A DNA stretch of 248,000 nucleotides from Rhodosorus marinus CCMP1338 (Eukaryota > Plantae > Rhodophyta). A program made the translations under genes and the position numbers. Below are positions 11,521 through 25,800 of this stretch, piece by piece; within the stretch, counting starts at the first letter, position 1; each line of letters opens with the position of its first letter. The notes under the pieces were generated by a model, which was given only the letters and a program-made list of their open reading frames with translations, was not told where the DNA came from and ran no database searches. Location of the stretch: positions 1,632,001 through 1,880,000 of the forward strand of contig JAMWBK010000008.1 in assembly GCA_029953675.1 (NCBI GenBank), written 5' to 3'.

Positions 11521-14014
11521 CCGGTATTTTGCCCGCGGGTAGTGTCTGAACGTTTGTACGCGGTTCTAAATACGGAAATGATCAGCAGTGTCAAGAAACA
11601 AGACACACACCCAACTTGGAATTAAAACAAAAAAGATTGGAGACCATAAAAGGAATACACAGCTCTGCCGCGTTGGCGTCGATGGAATGGCGAGAGTTCT
11701 CCACAGAGCATTTCTCTTTCATAAAAAGGAGCCCGATTGAGTAAGAGATCCTTAGCGTCCTCTCCTCTTTGTAGCTTTCTTAAGTGCCCCAGCCTGTGGT
11801 TTCAAATAAGATCCCGTTTTACATACGGACGGAGCATTCGGAGTTTATACACGAAAAGTTTCGCTCTGAAAAGACTTGATCTGATATTCCCGGTCTCAGC
11901 TATGTACCCCCTTCCGCAAGTGCATAGATGAAGTGCCCTTTTCATGTCCGCAAGTCAAAAAAAACACCAAACAAACACACCAATACCCCCACGACCAGAT
12001 ATTAGCTCCCTGCGTTCCAAAACTCTGGCCCTCCACATCACTGCCGCGATCCGCCAGCAGTCCCACTTGCCAATACAAATATTGTCTACAATGACCACAA
12101 CTCCCCGATGTCATTCAGGCTACTTTTAGGACATATATAATTATTTTGTTTGACATTTCAATATATTAATGAACGAAAACAAGAATAGATGATGTCTAAA
12201 TGTAGAAATAATACTCGAAATGAGTTTTTCTTTACCCCCCTCCGCTACTCGCCTGACACGTGCGGAAGACATCAAAATTCAAAAAACTTAAAGAATTAGT
12301 GACTTTGTCAGGAACTTATGATAGCATTCACACCCCTACGTTTGGGGATCTTTGGTTTTTTCTGAAGTCTGATTTAGAAAAATCCTTGTTCAAGTGTGCG
12401 CTGTTTTTCGTCCGTTTTTTGTTGGTTTTGTTTTGGAGGTCGTTTCCAATGCAACGGTTGATGAAGTTGTCGCGGGCAGAGTTTCGGTTTTGGGGGGGTA
12501 TTCACCTAGTCATAGAGGGACCCGCTGGCCGTAGTTGACACTAGTCCGAGTGGTAAGCCCATCCCACTAGTAGTTTTGTCTGTTCTATATGGCTTACGGT
12601 GAGGAGCTTGTGCTGGACGGAGGATTCCTCCGCTGCCTTCTGTGCCAGGCAATTCTAAGTCCGACCCGCCTACAAACGTACGCAAGCTTGTGAAGACCAA
12701 AGTCTCAATCTCGCCAGAGGACCACGCTGGTCCACAGGCGGGCCAGCGTCCCATCCATACTCATTTAACCTCCCGTGAGCACCCGAAGCGATTTTCCAGG
12801 AGAGATCGTCCTCGAATTACGTAGTCGCCATCTAAGAAATCGCCAACCTACACCAATGAAAAAACAAACAACCAAACAAACCAAAATACGCAACGGCAAA
12901 AAAACAGAAAAAGAAAAGGAGCCCACCACCAACCACTCAACGAGCAAGGGTCGCAGCCCGGCCGAAAGTGATCGTAAGCCAATACCCCCCCGTGTGCTTG
13001 ACTTACAACGATCACTGAATTTCTTTGAAAGAAGAGACAGGGACAATGGTTGACCGGACCGTTAACTTTCAGTACCCCAAAAACAACCAAAATGGGAAAA
13101 TCGAAACTTTTTTACCCCCCGGGTGGACTTTTTATTGAATATCTTTAAAAATAATAGAAACCTAAATAAGTATTGAGTAGCCCAGATGTTTTAATTAATT
13201 CCCAAGAAGATAAGCAGAAGGAAGAGTCCGATGGATGGATGGATTTACCAGAAGAATGCATCTGATCAGGCGCGGAATCGAACGAGCGATCGAAGAGTTG
13301 TCTAATGCCTTAGTTTTTTTTGAAAACATTGTATCTAGACAAAAACAATTTTGCTCATAGGAAATCAGATGGATGAGTCCCATAGAGGGATGGATTTAAT
13401 AGAAAAAAGCATCTCATCCGGCCCGGAATCGAACGAGAGATGAAGGAGTCTAAGGGAGTAGTTTTCTTTGAAAATAATTCTATCTGGAAACAACAAAAAA
13501 ACCGAATAGAAAATCTGGAAGAGTCCGATGGATGGATAGATTTACCAGAAAAAAGCTCCTAATCAAGCGGATTCGTGGATCCAGGAGCGTGTAAATAGAG
13601 TAGTTTTATTTGAAACAAATGGAAACAAACAATGTATTGGGAAATATTTGGTTTTCGCTCGTACCCCCAGAGAACGAGGAGCCCGACTGCTCTACGAATG
13701 AGGGAAATAGATCTCCAAAAACAATAAGAAGTCCCCCCAGCGTGACAGTGCATCCAAAAACTACTTTTTCCCAACGGCGGATAGTTTACGATGTAGAGAA
13801 AAAAACAAGACCGCCCAAATCTCCTTTTTCCCGTGCATTTATCAGACTTTCATCTACTGGTAATTTTTTTTAACTATTTCATTTTCGGCGATATGTAATT
13901 AAATTGTTGCCGAAGATGTAAATGTTTTTTTCCATATTGTTTTCCTTGTGTATGATGTGAAAAAGGGGGGGGGGGTTGGGGGTTCTGCATGAGAAATGCG
14001 TAGTCGTTTTACCT

Positions 14015-14350
14015 GGCTTTATTAGCATAGCCTAAAGCGCTTCGCAAACCTAGAAAAGGAACTAAGAACTAGTAGGAAGCGTGCAAACCCAGGTGCCGAT
14101 GGCGCGCCTCGGCAAGCATGCTGCTCGAATATCGCCACAGAGAGACGCTTAAACGCCGCAAAAGTTCCAAGTATTCAAGGGGATCCTTAGTGAAACATTT
14201 CCGCAACCACTCCAAACGCGCCTTCTCCACGTGACCAAAGCTTTCCTCAATGAAATGCTGGAACCGACTAACATCGCTCATAGCCTGATACGCTACTTTA
14301 GGGACTAGGGAGAAGAGCATGCAAGCCTAGACGGCGGTGGCGTGCCTCGG
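14015..14350 (-). mobile_element. CRE-like non-LTR retroelement family A, 3' fragment
   Basis: FIEESFGHVEK...LWRYSSSMLAEARHRHLG plus the conserved 3' UTR/tail. Confidence 0.8.
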
Positions 14351-16204
14351 CGAGCAATGAGTCGTATTATGAATTTTTGGAATTGCTGTCCAGAACAAAC
14401 ACAGCTTCAACAATCTTTTTGACCCCTCCTCTCTAGAGTACCTGCGGGAACCGGGTTTTTACTGGTTTTTACTAACGTAGCCTGATGCGTTACGCCAAAA
14501 GTAAAAGGAGACTAGGGACTCGGGAACAGGTAGGAGTGTGGATGGGGGGGGGGGGATGGTTGGGCTTGGTCACTTGATATTTATAACAACTCGAAACTTT
14601 GCCATTTTCAAAGTTTTCACTACGTGAGTGTTTCACTCTAGTTACAGCTCTACTCGAATCGCCTCTGTAAAAGATGACCCGGCGTTGGAGGAGATGATCT
14701 TAGGAATATTTTGCAAACTACGAATTTGTCACACCCCTGCACCAGGAAATTGCTTTCACAATGCGCAAGTTTTCTCCGGATGAGAGCACGTAGCACTGTC
14801 CCATGACGCGTTTTTTTTTTAAAGAGTCCACCACTGTAAGTAAAACCACCACTGTCCCATCACTTTTTACTTTTTTTTGGAAGCAAAGGTATTGCTGTGG
14901 AAGACACTGGGAATGCGGACGGAAATGGTTGTTTCCTGATGAATTTTCTCTCTTTTCAGTTCCTTACACTGTAGTTTGGAATTCAGTCAATATGGACGAG
15001 CTCTCCACCAATTCTTTCGAGGTACTCGGCGACGTATGTATACACACGTGGGTTTCTTGTGTTGACCGAGTTCGGCGTATTTCGGGTTGTATCGCCCCCA
15101 CCCAGCCAAACCAAATAGGGCCTTCAAACGATTTTCAGGTTGTCGCATACTTGTTAATTGATCAGGAGTTGATATTTCCTGCTTCACCCACGAAATCTTG
15201 CCCCTGTTAATCGTCCCTGGTGGAAAGTGGGGACATTGGGGAGAGTGCGGGTGGGGAGGAGGGGGGGGAAAAGCTTCCCCTTAACCCTTGGCCCTGCTTT
15301 GGAGATAATTTGATGGACTTGGGAACGACATGTTTTTTTCGCATAAAATGGAATTCCGGTCAACGCACAAACGGGGCTGAGTTTTGGTTGAGGGCTGTGG
15401 AAGAAAAAAACTTCTAGGAAAGCTCAGAAAAACCCTGTCCTGGCCTTTTGTACAAGAGGAGGCCAATTGTTAAAAGTATTCATACCTTCCTTTCAACCGA
15501 CTATATTCCTGTTCCCCTTCAGCAATTGCATTTCTTGAAATACCATCCCCCCCATCCAACGGATTCCTCCACCCCTCGGGACGGGAATAAAATCCACACG
15601 CCCAAACCTCCTCCGTATTCCCCGGTTTACTTGAATTTGGACATGACACGACCCAATGGCCCCTCCCCCCCGGGCTCTCCAGTCGAATTCCAGCAAGATA
15701 GTCTCGACCCTAAACAACGATATCAACTTTGCGACTTTTCTGTTTTTGGGTTCCGAGGCCATGGAAGCGCGCGCAACACAACATGCCCTCAAGCCTGACG
15801 AACTCCAAAATGAGGCAATAAGTCCCCAACTTCCAGGGGTGGAAGTGTTGGTGCGGATGTAGCCACCATCCATCCACGCAACTGTCCTCTATCGCGCACC
15901 CTCTCCAAGCTGTTTAAAAACCGAAATCTTCCCTGAATCGTTTCAGAGAAGAAAAAAAGATCATCTATCATCGATCGTGAAGTTGTGGCAAGTTTGTCCC
16001 AAAAAACAGGGCTTGGAAAAACCCTTTCCTCGGGACTAGTTTATGAATGAAATTTAGAGTCTTAGATTCGTTTGTCCAATGAAAAGATGTGTTCGGTGTT
16101 GTCGTCGAAGATTATTTGTTGAGAGGGTACCGGAAGTGGATGAGAAAGACTAGCTAAAAACAAGCAATAAACAAGATTGGTTTTTTTTTTTTTTGGGGGG
16201 GGGG

Positions 16205-17460
16205 GGGGAGGTGGTGGTTTTACTGGACTTTACTGGACTTTACTAGCATAGCCTGAAGCGCTACGCAAGGCGTGAAGATGAACTAATAACTAGGGAGGGA
16301 AGTATGCAACCCCAGGCGCCGATGGCGCGCCTCGGACAGCATGTCGCTGGAATATCGCCAAAGGGAGACACTTAAACGCCTCAAGAGCGCCAAATATTCA
16401 GTAGGATGCTCAGCAAAACATTTCCGCAACCACTCTAAACCCGACTTATCGACGTGACCAAAGCTTTCCACAATGAATGGCTGGAACCGGTGAGAGCGAC
16501 CCTCAGCGCAAGGCAGACTGGCCATGCTCTCAGCATACCGTCGTTCCTTAACTCTTCGAAGGGCTGAAGCCGCGGCCCCCCGGCGGCGGGCGGCTGCGGT
16601 GAGGTGGGCGCTGGCCACGGGGCAGGTAATCGCAAGGTCCACATATGTTGAGCGTCTGGCAGCAGCGTCAGAGACGAGGAGATCGGCTATACAACGGGGC
16701 GGTGCAGAGTCCGAGATGGATCTGGGCAGTTCCGACTCAACCTCAACCGTATGCCCTATTCGAGTCAAAAATTCGCTGAGGATGTACTTGAGGCGAGTGT
16801 GACGCCTCGTACGGAGACCTCGCAACAGTCCGCAGGAACCCAGGAAGTGGTAGCCACAAGCGTCAATCCGGCTCTCACATCCCTGACAGAAAGACGGCCG
16901 ATTAGAGTGCCACGGAGCCTGTGGCAAACCGAGATAGATCCGTGCGGCAGAACGGAACTGGAAAGCATCGAGACGATGACTCAATGACGACGGTAGAGTG
17001 GTTAACCACAAGTGCGAGAGGTGGCCTCCCATGCCGCGGAGACGAGCGGCAGTGGTAGGCGGCGTGAGAGGAGAATTGAGCATGACTGTGTGAGCGGCAC
17101 TGTGTTGGCCCCAGGTGAGGCTATGTTGAATCACATCAGTGCGGGAGCTCCACAATCGGCTCAAACCCGGGTAGTCTGCAACAGGGGACCCGGGGCTAGC
17201 CTCTCCGTCGTCGGCAAGAACTCGGTCGAGGGGACAATCCTCAATCGCTTCAGCTCGTCCCCATAACAGCTCCCTCCAGGAACGAAAGCGGGACCGATTT
17301 GCGTCCGGCACGGCGTTGCACCTCCTGAACGCGTGTTGAAGACCATCATAAATTGTCAAAAGCGGGGGCGGCAGGCTCACTGGATCCTCGTTGGTCAAAG
17401 CTCGAGCCAAGAGGCAGGCACTTCGCATCTGGAAGGTCACCAACGTTCGCAGCGCGGTAG
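16205..17460 (-). mobile_element. CRE-like non-LTR retroelement family A, 5'-truncated (CCHC zinc finger + restriction-like endonuclease)
   Basis: ORF 16283..17443: CQGCESRIDACGYHFLGSC, RTRRH, ADLLV..YVDLAIT, KERRY, FQPFIVESFG; tandem-repeat 3' tail. Confidence 0.88.
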
Positions 17461-17956
17461 CCCAGGAGGCAACCGCCGCTGGCGAGCATACCAGCCCACG
17501 GTCTGCGACGCCGAGACTTTACTAGCACAGCCTAATGCGATGCGCAAAACGTAAAGGGAAACTAGGGGTTTGGCGCGCATCGGCGAGCATTGGGTTGTTG
17601 GAGGACATTGTACGTAATTGTTGCTGGAGCTTGCCGGATCGAGGCCTCTCCGAAAGCTCGTTTTTTTCTTTACCTTTCTCCTTTCATGGAAGCGGGAGCG
17701 ACGTTGTTAGAGGGCGTTTGCGCAGGCAATCCCGAGCCTGTACGCTTAGGGAATGGGGGATTGCGGTTCGAGGAGGGGAATTCGGTGACTGGGTATTCAA
17801 TTCTTCTGGTTTCCTTCAGCTTCAGCAAAGCGAAATGAAAATTCCTTTGCGTGAGTGATTGAACGCAAGGATCGTTGAGTATAAATATGACTCCGTATCC
17901 CGAGTCGCAGTCCGGGCTATCAGCCTGGTGACGACTTTGTTGGTTGCAGGGTTCCC

Positions 17957-19786
17957 TTGGTCTGCGAGGACGCTGACGCCCCAACACCGACCCCAACCCC
18001 AACACCCTCAATGGAGTCGCCATGCCAGAACTATGCGGACGAGTTTTCCAGTGTCGTGGTTGGAAACGAAGAGAACAGGACGTGCTTCCAGCTTCGCGCC
18101 AATGGAGCTGCAGATGGTGTCCGAGTTGGAACCTTGTGCCTGAGTGTAAAACCGGCTGGCGAGAAAACTTGCGTCGTGTTTTACTTTATCGCGTCCGCCC
18201 CGTACGTGTTCAAGGGCGCGAAGGCAGGATTAGCGAATGATTGTGCCGATGAAAACGAGCAACCCTTCCAGGTAGTGAAGACAGGACCATTCACGTCCAC
18301 AAAAGTATACGTGTGCCTGAACAAGCTTAGCTCGCCGCCCGGAGTTGATAATGAAGGGTGCTGCAATGAGGAAATTTGTATGTTCTCACAAGTAACGGCT
18401 ATGGACTCGAGCTCGTCTCCTCCAAAGAAGATTACTGCTTCTCCCAAGGACGCAGGGAAGGGTTGCGAGGAGTCAGATAACGGTGCCGACACTCAATGCA
18501 ATGTACCCTTGATTTGCACGAATCCGACGCCGACACCATCGCCGACGCCATCTCCGACACCATCGCCGACACCAACGCCAACGCCATCGCCGACGCCATC
18601 GCCGACACCATCGCCGACACCATCACCGACACCATCGCCGACACCATCGCCGACACCATCGCCGACGCCATCGCCGACACCATCACCGACACCATCACCG
18701 ACACCATCACCGACACCATCACCGACACCATCGCCGACGCCATCACCGACACCATCACCGACACCATCGCCGACACCATCGCCGACACCATCGCCGACAC
18801 CATCGCCGACGCCATCACCGACACCATCGCCGACGCCATCACCGACACCATCGCCGACGCCATCACCGACACCATCACCGACACCATCACCGACACCATC
18901 ACCGACACCATCGCCGACGCCATCGCCGACGCCATCACCGACACCATCACCGACACCATCACCGACACCATCACCGACACCAACGCCAACGCCATCGCCG
19001 ACACCATCGCCGACACCGTCGCCGACACCGTCGCCGACACCGTCATCGCCGACACCATCTGCACCACCAACCCCACCGTGTGATGCGACCGATGTGGATT
19101 ACTGCTTTTCGTTTGACTTCTCAAGCTCAATCTGGGATCCGGTCAACGGTCTGAACGGTGGGGGGAGCACGGAGAAGTTTGAGTCGCAGAAGGAATTGGT
19201 GCTGGGAGTCATGGACAGACTCGCCACTCAGGACGTCAGTAACCTTAACCGGTACGGATTTGTGATATTCGGAGGAAGTTCAGGAGGAAGCAACGAGAAC
19301 AACGATACAGTCCCAAACCTGTCCCAGAAGATTGTAGATCCGTTAACAAATTATGCTACTGTTAGGACGGCGGTAGAGGCGTTGCAGTCTCCGTCTTTGG
19401 TGCCTCAGAGTCAGATCCCGGCTCAGAACACGAACATTGAGAAGGGTCTACGTTTCTGCGAGGAAATCCTGAACAGCAACGGCAACCAAAGAACGAGGGT
19501 TCTGATTCTGACGAGCGATGGGAGAGCGACCAGAGGTAACGGTGCTGGTGATACCGACACCAACGCTGCTAATAACGACCTTGTCGCACAGGCGCTGGCA
19601 ATCCAGAACAGTGGAATCATCATCCTAACTGCCGGGACAACTGAAACGATCGACGCTCCGTACTTGCCAGTGTTCGATGCTCTGGCATCATCTGGAGAAG
19701 CGATCGTGACGGAAAAACAAGAAGATTTCGAATTGCTGATTGAGGACATCGTTGAGGCCGTCTGCGGGGAATTGGTGGAGCCCTAA
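17957..19786 (+). CDS. Cys-rich module + (TPSP)n + VWA protein; 5'-deleted paralog, possibly a pseudogene
   Basis: VWA MIDAS-like DFSSSI, TNIEKGL, ILTSDG; lacks the signal peptide and first Cys module of the paralog at 42463. Confidence 0.8.
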   Translation: MVCEDADAPTPTPTPTPSMESPCQNYADEFSSVVVGNEENRTCFQLRANGAADGVRVGTLCLSVKPAGEKTCVVFYFIASAPYVFKGAKAGLANDCADENEQPFQVVKTGPFTSTKVYVCLNKLSSPPGVDNEGCCNEEICMFSQVTAMDSSSSPPKKITASPKDAGKGCEESDNGADTQCNVPLICTNPTPTPSPTPSPTPSPTPTPTPSPTPSPTPSPTPSPTPSPTPSPTPSPTPSPTPSPTPSPTPSPTPSPTPSPTPSPTPSPTPSPTPSPTPSPTPSPTPSPTPSPTPSPTPSPTPSPTPSPTPSPTPSPTPSPTPSPTPSPTPSPTPSPTPSPTPTPTPSPTPSPTPSPTPSPTPSSPTPSAPPTPPCDATDVDYCFSFDFSSSIWDPVNGLNGGGSTEKFESQKELVLGVMDRLATQDVSNLNRYGFVIFGGSSGGSNENNDTVPNLSQKIVDPLTNYATVRTAVEALQSPSLVPQSQIPAQNTNIEKGLRFCEEILNSNGNQRTRVLILTSDGRATRGNGAGDTDTNAANNDLVAQALAIQNSGIIILTAGTTETIDAPYLPVFDALASSGEAIVTEKQEDFELLIEDIVEAVCGELVEP

Positions 19787-19889
19787 ACACTAAATCTTGA
19801 AGTACAATAGTTGAAGGTTATTTATTGCTTGCTGGATTGATAGGCATAAATTAAACTTCATTCAAATTAATAGCAGTGAATTGGCTTTA

Positions 19890-20130
19890 TGGTGGTTTTA
19901 CTGGCTTTATTAGCAGTGGTTTCACTAACATGGACTTCACTAACATAGCCTGAAGCGCTATGCAAAACATAGGAGGAAACTCGGGACTACGAAGAAGAGC
20001 ATGTACTCGCCCAGGCGACGGTGGCGCGCCTCGGCGAGCATGTTGCTAGAATACCGCCAGGGTGCAATACTTAAACGGCGGAGGAGCACCAGATATTCTT
20101 CAGGATGTTCGTAAGTGCTTTACTACGAAG
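19890..20130 (-). mobile_element. CRE-like 3' fragment (family E) with tandem tail
   Basis: Homologous to 27900-28560; tail of TAGTGAA/CCAGTAAAA units. Confidence 0.7.
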
Positions 20131-22329
20131 TAAAGCACTTACGTAGTGTGCTGAGGTGCCTTCATGGCATGAAGACACCTCAGCACACTCATCCAGCGAA
20201 ACATAGACCTCGGAATACTTCAGGCCATAGGACATAGCGGACTCAGCACAGGCAGCATGAAACTGAACCTACAAAGTGCATGAGCCATGCGAGGAATACT
20301 CAGCATACACCTCAGCCTGATACTCGGAACACTAAGTCTACTGAAACGAATCAAGAAACAACCAAACTCCAAAGCCTCACAATATCAATCCAGTTGACAA
20401 TACTAGCCGGACATCAACTCCAGCTACTCTAAATCAGTAGGGAAGAGACTCAACAACCAAGAGACCACAAAGCTAAAAAGATGAAGAGCAAGACCATGAG
20501 AAGCCAGCCAGATCAAGAACCAGAGCACGAAGGTATAGACCTAATCGGACAGGAACACAGTCTGTAACGCTGTGAATACTGGAAACTAACCCTCCAGCTC
20601 AGTAAGTTCAGCTCATGCCTGTACCTGAAAGCAACCAGACTATACAAAACAGCCAGGACTGCACTCAAAGACAAATCAGAAGCCACAAATAGCAATAAAA
20701 CACCGAACCTAGTAGTGGACACAACACAGGATAAGCTCAATCAAGGCATCTCAGAGACAAGAATCAGCAAAGACCAGCCACTCCGATCAATACCAAATAC
20801 AGTATAGGGAAGCCTACTCAAAAAGGTACAGAGACCTGCTCAATCCGACAACAGCACCTATAGCCCGTTAGCCATCTACGAAACAAGATCTAAACCAGTC
20901 AAACCAGCAGAACAAGCACCAGAAGAAGCCATGAAAAACCTGAAAACAAGCCTGGGAACCCTCCGACCCCTCAAAGCTCTAAACAAATGTCCTAGCGGAA
21001 ACATTTCAGACCCCTCAGCAGGATCCTTGTGCTGAGACAGCCCCCAAATTACAATAACCTAAAAGAGATACCAAGCAGCCCACCACTCTAGAAATGCCAC
21101 CTATTGTAACCTCCTAGGGACGAATTAAAAAGAGTCAATTACAGTGAAAGCTATATAACCCCCTGAAATACTCAAACTAGCAAACAAGGAAGCCACAAAG
21201 TCAACCAAGCAGCCTACCCCCCAGCCCTCCTCTTCCTCATCAACAACGATCTGGATCAGGAGGGCTTTTGCGCGACTTAGAACAAGAAATACAAAACAGT
21301 TTCAAATCTGACCAGTAGGGAACCAGTACTAAATAACACCTCTCATAGGTCCTAAACCCCCAAGTCTTCTCAATCGGCCACTATCTCTAGTACGGCTACC
21401 CTATAGAGGGCGATCCCCCTAATACTAGCTCCCCGAGCAACCTTTGAAAGCCTAGAACTAGCCAAAAGAACCTCACCAGACACCTCATTAGCCTCCCACC
21501 CTCCTCGTCAATCCAATCTCACAAGCAGCCTGCATACCCTCCGCAACCCCAAAACAGCCTCTGCAGGGTACTTTAACACCATTTTGCCCCCTTTTCACCC
21601 TTTTTGGACTAAATCTAGTAGGGAACAAGGAGTCAAAATCAAGGACATGCAAGAAGTACCCAATACTCCGAGACAACGCCAAAACGGCATATATATGAAG
21701 CCCAAACTTCAAAGAAAACCATCAACCAGCCCACCTTGCGAAGCAAACTCTCAAGCGGCTACCCACGCTCAGCCCCGGATGGCACCCCTCAAAGCTCGAC
21801 AGAGTCTCAGCGAAGCGAATCCTGCACCAGCTACCTTCAAATCAGGCAATATCGCATTGATACCCGAAAAACGGCCTCTGCAAGGGTACCTACCGAGGTA
21901 AGGTCATTTTGCCCCTTTTTGCCCTTTTCGGACTAAATCTAGTAGGGAACATTACCGCAAGACACTGAAATGCCGAAAAGTCCAGATATACAGAAAAACT
22001 GCATAAAAGCCCTAAAAACTAGCCATTACACACAACCAGCCCAATACCACCCCACCAGCCACAAGACTGAGCTCCAGAGAGCGAAATGGACACTGAGTTC
22101 GACACTTAGAGATAGATTGCGTTGTGCGCCGCGCCGATTTTCGCTGAAGCCCCAAGAAACGTCCTCTGCCGGGTAACCCCAGGTCACGTAATTTTCCTCA
22201 AATATGCCACTTTTTCCCTATAATTTATTAGCGAACAGAAGCACAAAACCACTGAATGCACGTTTTTACCTACCCTCACCGGCCATCTAGTATCGCCCAC
22301 CTATCCTATTGAAAAAGAGTTGAAAACTC

Positions 22330-22620
22330 TTGGGAGCCCTGTCTTCCCTGGGCATTCGTGCTTCGGCACGTAGCTCATCTGTTGGTAGCTCTGGTCATCC
22401 TGAGTGCTTTTGGGTTTATGGATTCCGTTGGTTCTCGTTGGCTTCGGGAATTGTTCCGCGGACGCCATGACCCTCTATCCTCGTTGTTTACCCGTTTAAG
22501 TTTCTTTTTGTCCCGTATAAACGGTGCTTTGATGTTGGAGGCGCGAGATCTTGGCCGCGCTTAGTCTTTTTTGTCCCCTCGGGGTTTTTTCTTTCAGCCT
22601 CCGATTAAACCAATTCATTC
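22330..22620 (+). mobile_element. CRE-like family C 3' fragment
   Basis: FGFMDSVGSRWLRELF...LMLEAR plus the family C 3' UTR. Confidence 0.75.
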
Positions 22621-23259
22621 ATTGAAGAAACAAACAAACAAACAAACAAAAATACGTATCGGCAAAAAAAAAGAAGAGGAGGAGCCCACCACCCACCACT
22701 CAACGAGAAGGGTCCCAGCCCGCCGGAAGGTCCCGAGTTGTGAAAGTAACTGCACTGTGAAGGTGCGTCCCTGTCGATGGGCTTGGCTTGCAACGATCTC
22801 TGAATTTCTTTGAAAAGAGGAGACAGAGCCAATTTGGCCGTTAACTCTAAGTATCTAAAAACGACAAAAGTGGGTTTAACTTTTTACTCGCAGAGGGCTC
22901 TCGGTAGAGCACCCGAGGAACATTGTGTGTGTGTGTGGAAAAGATCTCAAGTGCGACTGCATCCGATCGCCCCGAGATCTCACAATCTCGGAACGGACCT
23001 TGCATTTCGACCGGACCTGCTTCACTCTCCGTCCACGCTCCTCTACAAGCACAGTCACTTGGCGGAAGGAGTTCCACTCCGCACCCCTCTTCCTCCCCAA
23101 TCCTCTCAAACCCCTTCGACAACGAGCCTAGAAAAGCGACTGTACCCTAGCTAGCAATAGCTCCGAAGGTTTTCCATCCCCCCTCTTCACGCAGCCGAAG
23201 CAATCGATGACCCATCGCCAACAACCTCAAACCGAGGGGAACATTGATCGATTGATGAT

Positions 23260-24760
23260 CCGTTTATTCAGAGCGTAACTACCGCGAGAAGCGAGAAACA
23301 AGAAGCTGATGACGCGCGTCCAACAACTAAGCAGCGTCACAAGGTCAAGGACAGCTCCGTGAGGAGGCTATCAAGGCGACCTGGGTTGGTCCGAAAAAAA
23401 AAAAAAGCCCACGAAGCCAACGGGAACCTACTCTGTCAACTAAACCAAAGCACTCGATGATCAGTGGAACAAATCGATAGGACAATGCCGAATCGCGAAG
23501 CTCAGAGTCTAACATAGCCGCAGCGTACTGGGATTCCTTCAGTTGCCGCATTGACCGAGCTGAAGCGCCTCGGCGTCGAGCAGACGCTGGAAGGTATCTG
23601 GTAGCCTGAGGACCCTTGTCCTTGATAGAAAGGTCGATGTACTCACTCCGACGAGCACTCAGATCAGTGACCACTAGGTCCGCCACCCGTTGGACCACAG
23701 GGGCATCAGCCTCATCAGTTTTTACCGTTGCTACCGGCAGGGGGACCTCATACTCCCCCTCCCGGTCCGGGCCAGCACGTGAGAACGAAGATAGTGGAAC
23801 ATCAAGCGGTTCAGCCGCGTGTGGCGTGGAGTCGAGGCCCCTTGGACTGCGGACAAGATGCGAACAAGAGCTCACCAAAATCACCGCAGGGCACCGAGCC
23901 GCCGCGCAGGTTACATCTCGAATTCCTGTCCGCAGGCCATGGCGGTTGTGGCAACCCAAGGTACAAGCGCAAGCTCGTACGCAGCTCGAAATCTGTCGTC
24001 ACCAACCGCGGGTAGTCAAGAATGACCGTAAAGAAGTGAGAGCTCAGACTACCCCCCAAACCACGGAGGCGAGTCACGGTCGAAGGCGGAGAGGAAGGCG
24101 AACTCAGAAGGGTGGCGTACGAGTCCCGATGTATGTCCCAAGAGAGGGGTTTTTGTAATACATCAGTCCTCTAACGGGCCCGACCCGACCGGGTAACACA
24201 CTCCTCAGGCGGCCTCGACGGCACTGCGACAACGTCCATTTCAGCATCATCTTCAGCGCAAATGAGTTCACCGCCCTCTGGTTCCAGGTGTTCACCACTT
24301 CCGAGACACGGCTCGGCTGCAGACCTCCCCGAACGAGGCCCGCCAAAAGAGTCAAGAACTGCCCGCCGGGACCCGTAACGGGGCTGTGTACCGTCGGCAG
24401 GGCAATACACTGCTGAAACGCAGCCTCCAATTCTGCAAAAACACCTCCGAGCCTCAGGCGAGAGTCACGTCCAATCTCCCCACGCGAAGGCCTCGCAGCA
24501 AGCCAAGCACGTCTGGATTGTTCTCTCTAGGCCATGTAGTCAGCGCATTGGCCCAAGGGATCACCACGGCCGCCGGTTGGATCGCCGCACAAGTCCCCAA
24601 GGCCAGCCCGCCCAATCGCACGGGCAAGGCCAGCTGACGGTGAAGGACAGCCTGTTCTTCCTCCCCAAACGTAGAGAGCTCCGATTTCAACAATGTGCTG
24701 AAAACAGCCCTCGAACGCTGATCAGCGCGAAGGACTAGCCAAGCTAGAATATGGCCACAG
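23260..24760 (-). mobile_element. CRE-like family B 3' half (RT thumb, zinc finger, RLE), frameshifted
   Basis: QLALPVRLGGLA thumb motif; VADLVVTDL..EYIDLS; FVPLIIECFG. Confidence 0.8.
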
Positions 24761-25800
24761 GGCGACACTGAAACGGCGTAAGAGTTCCAAGAATTCCATG
24801 GGATACTCAGCAAAACATTTCCCCCACCTCTCCAAACCCGACTTATCCACGTGGCCGAAGGTTTCCACAACGAAAGGCTGAAACCCGGCAGACTGGCCGT
24901 ACTCTCAGCATACCGTCGTTCTTTCACTCGGCGAAGGGCCGAAGCCGCTGCTTCTCGGCGAAGGGCGGCAGAGCTGAGATGAGCGCTTGCGACAGGGCAT
25001 GTGATCGAAAGGTCCAAACATGCTGAGCGCCTGGCGGCAGTGTCGGAGACGAGGAGATCTGCCATGCAAGCGAGGCGGTGCGGTGTCCGAGACCGATCTG
25101 AGCAGTTCCGATTCCACCTCAACCGTATGCCCTACTCGAGTCAAAGATTCGCTGAGAATGTGCTTGAGGCGAGTGTGACGCCTTGTATGAAGACCTCTCA
25201 ACAGTCCGCATGAACCTAAAAAGTGGTAGCCACACGCGTCAATCCGACTCTCACATCCCTGACAGAATGACGGCCGATTAGAGTGCCACGGAGCTTGTGG
25301 GAAACCTAGGTAGATCTTTGCGGCAGTGCGGAACTGGAATGCGTCGAGACGGTGTCCCAGTGACGAAGGCAAAGTGGTTAACCACACGTGCGATAGATGG
25401 CCTTCCAGGCCGCGGAGGCGAGCGGCGGTGATAGGTGGTGTGGAGGGGGAGTTGAGCAAGATTGCGTGAGCTCCACTGTGTTGGCCCCAGGTAAGGCTAT
25501 CTGAATCACATCAGTGCGTGAGCTCCGCAATCGGCTCATACCCGGGTGATTTGGAACAGGTGACCCGGGGTTGGTTTCCGCCCTCGTCCGCGAGGACTTT
25601 GTCGATGGGAGAGCCCTCAATCGCCTCAGCACGTCCCCATAACAGCTCCCTCCAGGAGCGAAAACTGGATCGATGCTTGTCCGGTACGGCGTTGCACCTA
25701 CTGAACCCCTGCGAACTCGCAGCCAAACCAGAGGAACGAATCGTCTTTCTCCCCCTTAGACCCGGGAGAGTCGGTCCTAACACGCTTGCTGCATAGTCGC
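24760..25800 (-). mobile_element. CRE-like family A RLE region nested in/next to the family B copy
   Basis: ORF 24905..25459 nearly identical in motif content to 16283..17443. Confidence 0.78.
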
